Assembly (NCBI GenBank): GCA_032718475.1
Contig: JAUCBJ010000185.1
Span: 1-45,392 of the forward strand
Source of the DNA: Nemertoderma westbladi
Taxonomy: Eukaryota > Animalia > Xenacoelomorpha
Direction of reading: 5' to 3'
DNA length: 45,392 bases
Below are positions 22,386 to 33,872 of this stretch, piece by piece (position 1 is the first letter of the stretch; each line of letters begins with the position of its first letter). A program made the position numbers and the translations under genes. The notes beneath the pieces are model-generated. The model had not been told where the DNA came from and searched no databases. It saw only the letters and a list, made by a program, of their open reading frames with translations.

Positions 22386-25364
22386 GTGACTACCGCGGCC
22401 CGGGGCTGCATCGGCCGCGTCAACAGCAACATTCCTAATAAAGGACTGTCTACTAGGCTATGCTTAATGAATCCAAGATCAGTCCGAAATAAAAGCGCCG
22501 AAATCGTCGAATATCTAACCACAAATAGCGTTGATGTTTGTGTTCTTACTGAAACTTGGCTGAGAACGGATGACGATGCAGTAAAGAGGCTATGTTCCCC
22601 TGATGGATACCAAATGATCGATTTTCCACGTGTAAGAAACCATGCCGGTGGAACAGGCATTATCTTACGAGGTACCTATAAAATTGAACAACTTAATGGT
22701 GGAGAGAAACGTTCATTCGAATACTCAGTTTGGCAACTTCAACAATCACAAATTCATATCTTGTTAATAATCATTTATCGCCCCCCTTACAGCACAAACC
22801 ACCCGACTACTTGTTCTATGTTCTTTGAGGATTTTCCATTGTTTATCGAATGCTACATAGCTCGACAAGAGCGTCTATTGATCCTAGGTGACTTCAACAT
22901 TCATGTGAACAATCAAACGGATACAAATTCCCTTAAGTTCATTGACCTTATAGAGTGTATGGGATTAGAACAGCATGTTCATTGGCCAACCCACGAGTCA
23001 GGTAACACATTGGATCTCATTCTCACACGGAACTGCCACGAGTTAAACATCACGGTTGACGAACCCTCCTATTTTATATCCGACCATGCAGTTGTTAGTT
23101 GCTGTATTGATATCCCAAAACCATCTGCAAACTTAACCAATGTTCAATATCGAAATATCGGAAAAATTAACTTGAACAATTTCAAACACGATATAACAAC
23201 ATCGGTACTATGTCAGCCTAGTTTCGACGATCTATCAATTGTAAATAAATCCGAACTTTATAATTTTACAATTTCGAAACTGATTGATAAACACGCCCCT
23301 TTAAAATCGAAAGCAACTAGACTACGAGATGGGAACAAGTGGTTCAGCCATGAGGCGCGCCGCCTAAAACAACAGCGTCGTAAAGCAGAAAAAAGGTGGT
23401 GTAAAACTGGTAAAATAGAAGATAAAGTTAAGTTTAAAGAAATTCGAAACATATACGCAAAAAAACTAACAACTGATCGCCAGGAATACTATCGTGGATT
23501 AATCGGCGCATGCTCAGGTGACCAAAAGAAGCTATTTAATGTAATAAAATCATTATCTAAGCAAAATCAAGTGATTAAATACCCACAACATAATAATGCT
23601 CTAGAACTTGCCAACAATTTCGCAGATTACTTCGCTTCCAAGATTAAACTCATACGTGCTGAACTGGATAACGCAGCAGCTGCAAATGACGACGGAGACG
23701 TCATTGGAAACGACCATGTAGTAATCCCAGATGACACGTCAGCATCCTTATGTAATTTTAACACTCTGTCTGCAGAAGAAGTTACGAAACTGGTCAATAC
23801 TGCACCGAATAAACAATGTCCACAGGATCCCCTACCGACGCAGTTACTGAAGTCTTGTCTACCGGCTCTCATTCGGCCTATTACTACCATGGTCAATCAA
23901 TCACTGGAGACTGGAGTGGTCCCGCCACTGTGGAAAATTGGGACAATTGCACCAATACCGAAAAAACCTTCCTCAGATCGGTCAACAAATGCAATTAAAA
24001 CTGTTAAAAACAAGAACTTTCGCCCAGTTAGTGGCATAGCTTTTATCTCAAAGATAACTGAGAGGGCAGTAATAGCTCAAGTTCAGCCACACATTGACAC
24101 CTATTACCAATTGCCAATATTTCAATCGGCGTATAGGAAACATCATAGTACCGAAACGGCCCTCATCAAAGTCCAATCCGATATTCTCCGAAACATGGAT
24201 AACAAACAAATAACTTTACTTGTGTTACTTGACCTCAGCGCCGCTTTCGATACTGTAGATCACACTCGACTGATGAACGTCCTTCGAAATCGCCTTCATA
24301 TCTGCGGCACCTGTCTCAAATGGTTCCGGTCCTTCCTATCTGGCCGAGTCCAACGAGTAGCCACGTTAGGGGCCACATCCGACGATCAGCTACTGGAATA
24401 TGGTTTCCCTCAAGGATCATGCTTATCATGCACACTTTTCCCCAACTACAGTGCTGGCCTCTTGGAGGTAATACAGCACCATTTACCATTGGCTGGCCAC
24501 GGTTTTGCTGATGACCATCAGGTCTACTGCTCCTTCCAACCATTAACATCGTCTAACGAAAGAGCAGCCATAGAGTCCATGGAAGCCTGCATCGCGGAGA
24601 TGCGCAGCTGGTTATTAAAACATCGGCTCAAGCTAAACGACGACAAGACTGAATTTATCTTGCTCGGATCGAAATCTCAATTGAGTAAGCTGTCCTCAAT
24701 CTCAATTCGCGTTGGAAACTTTGATATCGAACCGGTTAAATCGGTCAGAAACCTTGGAGCCTGGTTCGACTCCGAGATGAGAATGAATAAATTTATATCT
24801 AAAACATGCAGCGCCGCATACTACTACCTGCACAACATTCGCTCAATTCGGAAATATCTCGACACTAAGGCCGCAGAAACAATTATACATGCTCTCGTGA
24901 CTAGCCGCATAGACTACTGTAACGCCCTTCTCTATGGAGTCCCAAGCTACCAATTACAGAAACTCCAACGTGTACAAAACACAGCTGCTAGGTTGCTTAC
25001 AGGTGTACACAAATACGACCATATATCGCCGACGTTGAAATCCCTCCACTGGCTGCCTGTGCGCAAACGTGTAGAATTTAAAATACTGCTGATGACGCAC
25101 AAGGCCTTGGTCGGCCACGCTCCCAAATATATAATCGAAATGCTCCATAAAGTTAGTCGCGATCGCCTCCAAACTAGAAGTTGTAGCACAGTAAGTCTCG
25201 TCGAACCACGGTTCCAGTGCTACACTCTCGGGTGGCGGGCGTTCGAGGTATGCGCGCCCCGGCTGTGGAACAAACTACCGGCTTCGCTACGTGATATCCA
25301 GTCTACGGCATCATTCAAAGGAAAACTAAAGACTCACCTGTTCACCCACCCACCTATAAAATAG
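22386..25364 (+). CDS. LINE ORF2: apurinic endonuclease + reverse transcriptase (L2 clade-like)
   Basis: NPRSV, LTETWL, IYRPP, GDFNIH, TLDLI, SDH (APE); NFRPVS, QSAYRKHHSTET, LDLSAAFDTVDH, PQGS, FADD, LKLNDDKTE (RT); RIDYCN, LHWLP, APRLWN C-terminal motifs. Start codon is uncertain (GTG). Confidence 0.95.
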   Translation: MTTAARGCIGRVNSNIPNKGLSTRLCLMNPRSVRNKSAEIVEYLTTNSVDVCVLTETWLRTDDDAVKRLCSPDGYQMIDFPRVRNHAGGTGIILRGTYKIEQLNGGEKRSFEYSVWQLQQSQIHILLIIIYRPPYSTNHPTTCSMFFEDFPLFIECYIARQERLLILGDFNIHVNNQTDTNSLKFIDLIECMGLEQHVHWPTHESGNTLDLILTRNCHELNITVDEPSYFISDHAVVSCCIDIPKPSANLTNVQYRNIGKINLNNFKHDITTSVLCQPSFDDLSIVNKSELYNFTISKLIDKHAPLKSKATRLRDGNKWFSHEARRLKQQRRKAEKRWCKTGKIEDKVKFKEIRNIYAKKLTTDRQEYYRGLIGACSGDQKKLFNVIKSLSKQNQVIKYPQHNNALELANNFADYFASKIKLIRAELDNAAAANDDGDVIGNDHVVIPDDTSASLCNFNTLSAEEVTKLVNTAPNKQCPQDPLPTQLLKSCLPALIRPITTMVNQSLETGVVPPLWKIGTIAPIPKKPSSDRSTNAIKTVKNKNFRPVSGIAFISKITERAVIAQVQPHIDTYYQLPIFQSAYRKHHSTETALIKVQSDILRNMDNKQITLLVLLDLSAAFDTVDHTRLMNVLRNRLHICGTCLKWFRSFLSGRVQRVATLGATSDDQLLEYGFPQGSCLSCTLFPNYSAGLLEVIQHHLPLAGHGFADDHQVYCSFQPLTSSNERAAIESMEACIAEMRSWLLKHRLKLNDDKTEFILLGSKSQLSKLSSISIRVGNFDIEPVKSVRNLGAWFDSEMRMNKFISKTCSAAYYYLHNIRSIRKYLDTKAAETIIHALVTSRIDYCNALLYGVPSYQLQKLQRVQNTAARLLTGVHKYDHISPTLKSLHWLPVRKRVEFKILLMTHKALVGHAPKYIIEMLHKVSRDRLQTRSCSTVSLVEPRFQCYTLGWRAFEVCAPRLWNKLPASLRDIQSTASFKGKLKTHLFTHPPIK

Positions 25365-26369
25365 ACTCATTTTTAGCCGATCGTTTTTAAAAAACTTTGT
25401 TTTTACTTTTCTTAATTATGTACTCTACGCGGTTTTCTTTTTATTTAAATTGACTAACCTAACTCTGATTAGCGCCATAGAATACTACCGGTAATGTTGG
25501 CGCTATACAAATGATTAAATATTATTATTAAATATTATTAAATTCTTAATTAAAAGTTAACTATGCTGTAATTTTAATCTTTACAGCACCAATATATATA
25601 GTTTTGCGGTAGTATTGGAGAAATACAAACTTATCCACCCGTTTGAGGGGTGTCTGTCCAGCCCTTTGACGGGTGAAAGTTCCTAGCTGCAGTACCTGGT
25701 ACTTGTTAGATTCCTCGGATAGTTCCCTTTGCAGCCATAAACACAACAATGTTTTCCCATATTATTATTATTAATATTATTGGTATTAAATTATTAAAAA
25801 TAATTAATAATCCGAAAAAGCTGAAATGTAATCATTCAGTTGTCAATCCAGTCTGCCAGTATGTCAGTGTTTAAGAGTACCTGTCTGCCAGTACAGCGGT
25901 AGGCTAAAATGTAAAAGAATGAAAAACATTGACCCAGCTAGCGCAGTGGGGTGCGGATTTACAGGATTACTGCTGTGCCAGTCCTTCAGTATAGTACAGT
26001 AGTAGTCCTTGACAATATCCAATACCGGTACTGTAGTAAGCTATGCTGCAATATTCCTACTACAGTACTATCACTGTATCAGACTGTCCACTTCCACTGT
26101 TAGGTAACTTCAAACTTGGTAAAATACCGTACTCCACTACACAGCACACAGCACTACCTGGCTGCCTGACTACTCCATACTCCTATACTCCAGTACAGCA
26201 GTAGGTACTCCTGTACTCACTAGGCCTATTTGCCTATTTACAAATTGATTAGGCTCCCTACTGCACTAGGTAAATTACTTCATGATTTATTTGTGGCATT
26301 TGATTGTACGGCAGTAGTGAGTGATCATCCTAAGTTTCATTATTTCGCGTTTGTTCAGGCGATGCTAAG

Positions 26370-27110
26370 ATGTGTAATAACGTATTTGTCGGATTGATCG
26401 CCTACGTTACCGGGTTTTGGACCTACTTAGTAAATATGTTTCGCACTGGAGTACGTCAAGCGATCCAACATCAGACGGTCCGTTACGATTACTGTCCTTT
26501 GGGTGCGATATCACGCCAACGACTATCGATGGTGCGTCGTAAAACTCTGGTGCTGGATCTCGACGAAACCTTGATACACTCGCACCACGATGGCGCGATG
26601 CCTCCTATCGTTACGAACGTCCAGGAACGGCCCACCACACCGCCAGACTTTATTCTTAGGGTCACCATCGACCAACACCCCGTAAAGTTCTTCGTTCACA
26701 AACGCCCCCATGTTGATTTCTTCCTGGACATTGTAAGTCGGTGGTACGACTTGGCTATATTCACCGCTTCTATGGAGATTTACGGGACGGCAGTGGCGGA
26801 TCAATTAGACAATCAGCGTAGGATATTGTGCCGGCGTTATTACAGACAACACTGCGTCGTAGACTTCAAAAACTTCGCTGGTTACAACAAGAACTTACGA
26901 GTAATTACTAACGATTTAGCTAATATTTGTATAATAGATAATTCCCCGGTCGCATATAGGGGTTTCCCGGATAACGGAATCCCAATAAAATCTTGGTTTG
27001 CCGACCCGACTGACACTTGTCTGCTCAATCTGTTGCCATTTCTTGATGCGTTGCGGTTTTGTAATGATGTTAGGACTGTTTTGCATCGGAATATATGTGC
27101 CATTCGTTAA
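26370..27110 (+). CDS. CTDNEP1: CTD nuclear envelope phosphatase 1 (Dullard/Nem1 family HAD phosphatase)
   Basis: N-terminal hydrophobic helix, [85 protein letters not shown]; 246 aa matches the family length. Confidence 0.96.
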   Translation: MCNNVFVGLIAYVTGFWTYLVNMFRTGVRQAIQHQTVRYDYCPLGAISRQRLSMVRRKTLVLDLDETLIHSHHDGAMPPIVTNVQERPTTPPDFILRVTIDQHPVKFFVHKRPHVDFFLDIVSRWYDLAIFTASMEIYGTAVADQLDNQRRILCRRYYRQHCVVDFKNFAGYNKNLRVITNDLANICIIDNSPVAYRGFPDNGIPIKSWFADPTDTCLLNLLPFLDALRFCNDVRTVLHRNICAIR

Positions 27111-27606
27111 TAAAATATCCAACCTTTAAGTTTAATATTGATATATAATTTTATTCGACTAAATTTTATATTCAATAGTACCGTAGCCATTTACTTCATG
27201 TTCATGGGTTATAAAGTAAATTCTAGCAGCGTAACCTTGACTACAAGGTAGACTGCTAGCTTGCGCCATGAAGTGAGTAATTTTATTCGTAACTTAAAAC
27301 CTTTTACGACGAACGGAACATTTACAAACATGCGTGTTCAGGTGTTCCTGATGCAGACTTGTTGCGGTAGTAATCGGTTTGCGTACCGGTACCAGTGGTC
27401 CAAATTTTTTTACGCCCAAAACTGTAACCATGCATGTTACAGTTATTAGCGACACTTTGTGCCCGGATGGTTACAATGTCCGAAATTCCGCTACGTTTCT
27501 TATATTATGATATATGGTTATGGTTACATGGCACTTTTATTAATTATGGTTTGTGTCTGTCCAACAAAGCGTACTGTAACACAAAAAAACACAATCAAAT
27601 TGAGAG

Positions 27607-28154
27607 TGATAGAAAGTTACAGCTGTATTGGAACTGACTGATAGAAAGTTACAGCAGTATTGGAACTGACTGATAGAAAGTTACAGCAGTATTGGAACTG
27701 ACTGATAGAAAGTTACAGCAGTATTGGAACTGACTGATAGAAAGTTACAGCAGTATTGGAACTGACTGATAGAAAGTTACAGCAGTATTGGAACTGACTG
27801 ATAGAAAGTTACAGCAGTATTGGAACTGACTGATAGAAAGTTACAGCAGTATTGGAACTGACTGATAGAAGGTTACAGCAGTATTGGAACTGACTGATAG
27901 AAAGTTACAGCAGTATTGGAACTGACTGATAGAAAGTTACAGCAGTATTGGAACTGACTGATAGAAAGTTACAGCAGTATTGGAACTGACTGATAGAAAG
28001 TTACAGCAGTATTGGAACTGACTGATAGAAAGTTACAGCAGTATTGGAACTGACTGATAGAAAGTTACAGCAGTATTGGAACTGACTGATAGAAAGTTAC
28101 AGCAGTATTGGAACTGACTGATAGAAAGTTACAGCAGTATTGGAACTGACTGAT
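27607..28154. repeat. 32-bp minisatellite (TGATAGAAAGTTACAGCAGTATTGGAACTGAC), ~17 near-perfect units
   Basis: Units at 27671 and 27831 are 160 bp apart (5x32); no spacers. Confidence 0.97.
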
Positions 28155-29929
28155 GAAGACTGTATGGCATATAACTCACTCACATCTTCACAAACCCACT
28201 AGACTTCGTTATCAACGGCTACTGAGTGCCCCACTGTGCCCATTTCAGTGCAGGGCGCCTTGACTTGTGAACTCTGCTAATGGCTAGTTAGCAAGCTCAC
28301 CGAAAGCAAGGTGTGACTCTAAGATAGAATTGAAAGTAATACATATGGGTAGTTACCAATACAATACCACCCTACCGACACTGCTGTAGTGCCATATACA
28401 TGGCCATAGACATAAATACTGATACTACCGACATGTTAAATGTCATGTCATGCATAAATCAATACAACAACCGACAAAGTATAGTTTAAAGTTTCGAATA
28501 AAAGTATTTAGTACTTTAGTAGCATAAATACATCGGTTGTAGGACAACTTCCCGGCAGGGCCCTTATTATAAGGGCTTTTGATAGTTGCCATTCATAATT
28601 GATTAATATTTTACCCTTTTTTAGTTAATTTACATTTTTGGGCGCTATTGTATATTTGGTAGACAAACTCTGTAGAATAATTATGAATAGATTAATACAA
28701 TGATAGCGGCATGGTATTCAATGGTACTCGCAGTATTCTCATGCGTTACGATTCTGAACCATAATTCTTGTTCATATTCATGTTCGATTCCTTTTTCGCA
28801 ATTATTTACTGCGTCTGAGGTAAACCCAATAGAAATATTCCTCAACCCAGTGCAAAAATATTCTTCTGTGCTTCCGATGCTGTTTTTATTATTTGCTTAA
28901 TATCCTTCTTCCAATGTTATATGGGTTAACCCCTCCATTGTATATCAGAGTTGTAAATAACTTGATTCGGATGCTGATATTTGTCAATAGTTCGGCGTTT
29001 AGTGTAATATCGGGCTGTATATAATTCACAAATTACCAACGAAAGTATTATTAGATTCAGGTGTTGTTAACATCCAACGTATTGATATCATTATATATGA
29101 ATTAATTATATGTACCAATTTTTGACAAACCTGTTATTTTTCTTATCGATTTACCCCATGTTTCACTGCTGGTCGCTGCTGACAGATCGTCCATATATCC
29201 TAGGCGCTTGGCTGTGATTGAATTAACTTAGTGTTAATAACGTAACGGTAATATGTATACGTAATTAACATAATTAATTATTTGATTTTTCTGTAGAACA
29301 TATTATTTCTATGTTTTTCACAATATTATCGGTATTGCCAAAGTTTACTATTTGGTTTCCTCTTTTCGCTTAAATTTTCTTATGACTGCCCGACCATTAC
29401 CCTACGCATGTACCGGTATGTATATATTATACAAAATGTATAATTTACCTTGTGAATTATGCGCCACCACAACATCATGTACATGATTTGTTACTTGAGT
29501 GTATTGTCACATCAATTATGTGATGCACTTTTCCTTTCTAGTTGTATTTAAAAATACGAATTTTATATAACAATAAATAATTATTCAACAACACAGATAA
29601 TATTTTTATACACTTTTGTTGTAAATGTGTTTTATTAGAAAATTGAAGTATTATGTAACTACGAATAAGATGATGTACATAATGTAACTCTTTATACCAC
29701 ATGTAGATTGTTTTAACGGCGGGTGTGTTCCAGTACAGCAGTAGCATTGTTATGACACAGCATATGAGTTAGACCCATTCACCGGTACACCATGATGTAC
29801 TTTCATTTCACTGACAATCTGTATAAGTGTACCGGTTCAACGACGACAGGCCTACCCCACATACAGTCGGTAATGGTAGGTCTCGACTGAGTACAGGTAT
29901 CGCGGTATGTCGATTCGAAACATTATGTC

Positions 29930-30200
29930 AACATGAATTAACATGTACCGAGTTTGGTTAGATTTTGTCGAGCATTCGCTGAGTTATTAACGTTTAAAAA
30001 CACGGATTAGGAGTATAGTCAACACAGACTCGTCTTCATTACAATGAACATTTGGTTAGATTTCATCGAGGATTAGCCGAAACAAGGATCATTAGTTAAA
30101 AACAGGGATCAGCAGAACGACAGATCTAAAGATACACGATTGAGTTAGTGTTACCCGTATGCTAAGTTCGCCTACTTTCGTGGCTCGCCTCACAGTATAG
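29930..30200 (+). mobile_element. Dispersed repeat, Helitron/Helentron-like non-autonomous remnant; inverted homologue at ~14450-14610
   Basis: GTACC(G/A)AGTTTGG...GAGTTATTAACGTTTAAAA and GCTAAG...TTCGTGGCTCGCC.CACAGTAT match the reverse complement of 14450-14610. Class assignment is tentative. Confidence 0.45.
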
Positions 30201-30458
30201 ATCTATTCAGTTACAATATTTTCACGGTACTGTATTTACCTTATCTTATATGCTACTGTATAAGCAATTGGTAATGTAAGAAATAAATATTATGTAAATA
30301 ACTGTAAATTAAATTACTTTAATAAGGTTATAGCCATATTTTTTTTCATTAACACTCCCAAACAGAGTAAAATTTATTAAAACAAGCAATATTTATTCAA
30401 TAACATGAAATACATACATGGATACACTGAGGCATTCTTTACATCCACTGAGTAACTT

Positions 30459-31644
30459 TGTTCGCGCTTTTAGACCTTTAGCAGTTTAACCTGCCAATTT
30501 TAGTTGTCTTTTTGTTTATAAATCGACTTTAGCCTAGATCAATTATTTAAGGTACTCAAGTTACATCCGCCGAAGCCAGTCTGTGCGCGACCATTCACCC
30601 ACAGTTAAGGGAGACTGGATTCGGATGCTTTGATAGTGATTGCGGTGTAGACCTACTGTATTATTCGATTGATCGTTACTATATAATCTCTGACAATATA
30701 TTTACTTTCGGGGAAATATTAACAGTTCCTTTAGGACGTGGCGCTTTAAGTATATAAAACAGAGTTATGACTTATACTAAACACAACGAGATGGCTACTG
30801 AGTTTCGTAAAAAGCGCATTCTTTAGGAGATGCTTTATTAACCTTCACACTACTTCACACGGCTTCACACTACTTCACACTGATCTGCCGACTGTCACTG
30901 AATTTGATCATATATAAGGAGGATCGCAACTGACACATGTAGGGATTATGAAAAAGCATTTAATTCACACAAAAAAACCACTATAATGTAAGTCGCAGTT
31001 GCTACCGGTAAACCTGTTCCTCTAACCTTCAGTAATCAAGGAGATTGGGGGTTTTATGATTATTCATCGGTATTCTCCAAATATATCAGCAATATACATT
31101 AACATAACACCAATTAATAACAGAAGCAAAATAATGCGGTGAACAGTCAGTATGTGTTACTTATGCAGTGTTCCATGTGCAGCAATGCATGAATTGCGGT
31201 GTGATGCGGTAGTTGAATCGTTAATAGTTTTACGTTCTTGTAATCAAAGCCATCAGATGAGATGTTTAGGCCAAAAGTCTGAAACTTCTACAGAAGTACA
31301 GAAGAATTTCCAAGCCGGTGTTCTGAGGCTCAGAAAAGGTAAACAAAGACCGTAATGCATTGCGCGGTTTTCCGTAGACCTCTGTCAGAAATAAAGTGAA
31401 AATCGCTCTGATTGGCTGAACAGAACAAGAGGTTCCACGTTTACAGTAAATCAGCTGACAGATTTCGTCATCTGAGCTCCAGTCTTTTAGAGTATTAGGC
31501 GCATTACGGCAAAAATGACTTGTTATGTCCGCTAAAGCACCTACACGGTACATTGCGGATAAAATGACTTGTTATGTCCGCTAAAGCACCTACACGGTAC
31601 ATTGCGGAGAAAAATGACTTGTTATGTCCGCAAAAGCTTTTACA
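30459..31644 (-). mobile_element. Solo LTR, diverged relative of the 1-1177 LTR
   Basis: Minus strand reads TGTAAAAGCTTTTGC...AAAAGCGCGAACA; 5-bp TSD AACTT at 30454-30458 and 31645-31649; internal ~50-bp tandem repeat at 31510-31630. Confidence 0.93.
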
Positions 31645-31904
31645 AACTTTTTGACGAATGCTCTTGATTTATCCAGTTCTATTAAGTTGATAATGTGAGA
31701 AATTGTCCATCTCTGTTAACCCATATAAAACGAGGGTATAACTTTTCGCCGTATCCGTATGCATTTGCCGTATCCGTATGTACTGCACATACGCGTATGT
31801 AATGGATTCCTATGGAGAATAATCCGTATGTGATTTTAAAGATTAGGCATTGCGGACCAGTAAGAAGTGTACAGCACACATGCAGACTGAAGACTCAAGA
31901 CTTA

Positions 31905-32371
31905 ATACAATATAAAACAGAAGTAAAACAGTGCGGTGAACAGTCAGTATGTGTTCAGTCATATGAGTTGATGTTACGATGTGAAATGTTCGGATAGTGT
32001 TACAGTGAGTTACTATGTTAATAGATTTACGTTCTTATAACTAAAGCCATCAGATGTTCCTTGGGCTAAAGTTTGAAACTTCCGTACAGAAGCACAGAAT
32101 TCTGAGCTGAATCTAATTCTCAGAAAAATAATAACCATAATGCATTGCGCTAGTTCTCAGGTAGGTCTCCGTTGGTGTAACAGAGAAGATTGCTCTGATT
32201 GGCCGAACAAGCCAGGACATAGAGTTCCACATAAACAAAGAATCAGCTGACAGATTTCGTCATCTTGGTTCTAATTTCTTTCCGACGCGTAGTTGAACAA
32301 TTTTGGGGCTATTTTAGAGTATTCTGCGCATTGCGTGAAAAAAACTAGTTATGTCCGCAAAAGCTTTGACA
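31905..32371 (-). mobile_element. Truncated LTR (5' ~470 bp) of the same family
   Basis: Minus strand starts TGTCAAAGCTTTTGCGGACATAAC; collinear with 31115-31644; left boundary approximate. Confidence 0.85.
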
Positions 32372-32635
32372 CTAAAACTCCTCTTCCTAATAAGATTGGG
32401 GAGTCCAATGGTTCAGCAGATATCTGCGATATGTGGAAAACTCATTTTAGTAACTTATTTAACTGTGTGGCTGATGACAGTGACAGTGGTAAAGTAAATA
32501 GGCGTTTAAATAACTTTACTGACTTTGGGTTTCAATCTGTTACATACAAAGAGGTGATAGATTCACTTCTCAGTTTGTCAACAGGTAAAGCCATCGGACC
32601 AGATAATCTTACAGCTGAGCACTATATATACAGTA
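32372..32635 (+). pseudogene. RTE/RTE-X-like LINE ORF2 fragment (pre-RT region)
   Basis: ICDMWKTHFSNLFN...VTYKEV...LSTGKAIGPDNLTAEHYIY matches the LINE K(A/S)xGxDxxxxE motif. Confidence 0.75.
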
Positions 32636-32758
32636 TGTGTTTACTTGTATATGTTTACTATGTGTGTATGTTTTGTTTTTTACTATTTGTGTTATTGTTG
32701 TAATTTTTCTTTCGTTTTTACTGTAGCTATGTACCTCCTGGTGCGGCTTAAAGGATAA

Positions 32759-33872
32759 TGTTAAAGCTTTTGCGGCTGAAATGTCCCCTTTTTTACACAA
32801 TGTGCTGGTTATTCTAAACCTTAAAAACTCTAATTGCCAGCCATTGGACAGGATTATCTTTCTCTTCATGCCTCTGTGATATTCACCGTCCAATCAGTAG
32901 TATACTTTCCCCCCTACGTCACACCATAGCCTGAATTACCGGGTTGGTTGGTTGGTGCATGGTTACTGATCCCTGATTGGAAGTTCTGACGGATTCCTCC
33001 ATAGGTTCTACAGCGTTCGATGTGATTCATACTTGTTGACTACTTCCGGCAAGAACATTATTGCAACCCCTCAGTGTGAGTGTTTATACACTTCCTGACT
33101 TTGCGCCCAGAAACACCAGCGGCCAGAGAGACATAGAACGCAAATCTATTAAACGTCCATACTTACGTTTCTGTTCATACGTTAACACGATCTCCTACGT
33201 TGCATACTCTCACTGCAACACATCCTGACTGTCTGATATTGCCGCAACACCGCTGCATTTTATACTGTTTTATGCTGTTATAATCTGTTGTAATTTGTAA
33301 CATATGGATTAATGCTGATAGTTGGAGAATACTTACGAATAACCGGTAGATCTCTTGGTTTTCATGATTCATTGAGGTAAGCGGAGGGGTTTACTATTCA
33401 CAATTGCCTAGCTCAAATAACAGTGGTTTGTATGAGTTTATGCTGTTTCATAGTCCCCAACGTACGTGGCAAATTAGCGTGTTTCAGTACTGTACTATTT
33501 TCGTGGTGTGAGTGTGAACGATCAATAAATACATCCCTAAAGGATGTAAACATTTGCGTTGTCTCATGTCCGCCGTTGTAATTGGTATAAGTCATATCTC
33601 TGCGTAGTATTTAGAGCGCAGCACATAAAAGGAACTGTTAGTATTTAACTGAAAATAAGCATAGTTTTAGGAGATTATATAGTAAAGATCAATCGAATAA
33701 ATACAAAGTGTCCTACGGCTCTCTCTGCCATCAAATCCAGTCTCCCACCTCCGATGGGTCATACGCCGCGCTAGACTGGCTTCGGCTGTGTTAATTTGTA
33801 CCACGGGCTGTCAGGTATTAATAGACATATAAATTAGCAGGTTAAACTGTTGAAGGTCTAAAAGCGCGAACA
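32759..33872 (+). mobile_element. Solo LTR, more distant relative
   Basis: TGTTAAAGCTTTTGC...GGTCTAAAAGCGCGAACA; 5-bp TSD GATAA at 32754-32758 and 33873-33877. Confidence 0.92.

Larger units (their letters stand above)
19940..25544 (+). mobile_element. Apparently full-length L2/CR1-group LINE
   Basis: ORF1 plus uninterrupted APE-RT ORF2; 3' stem-loop TAGCGCCA...TGGCGCTA (25470-25505) followed by (ATT)n-type tail. 5' boundary approximate; no TSD found. Confidence 0.88.

Noticed and set aside
21227-22660. Long minus-strand and alternative-frame ORFs (Gly/Ala-rich, RG-rich, CVDRAHAAPG)
   Set aside because: By-products of a stop-poor 30-bp GC-rich repeat.
27607-28154. CRISPR-like 32-bp repeats
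   Set aside because: Units are head-to-tail with no spacers, no cas genes, eukaryotic context.
28650-29200. Coding-like minus-strand stretch
   Set aside because: Multiple stops in all frames and no recognisable family.
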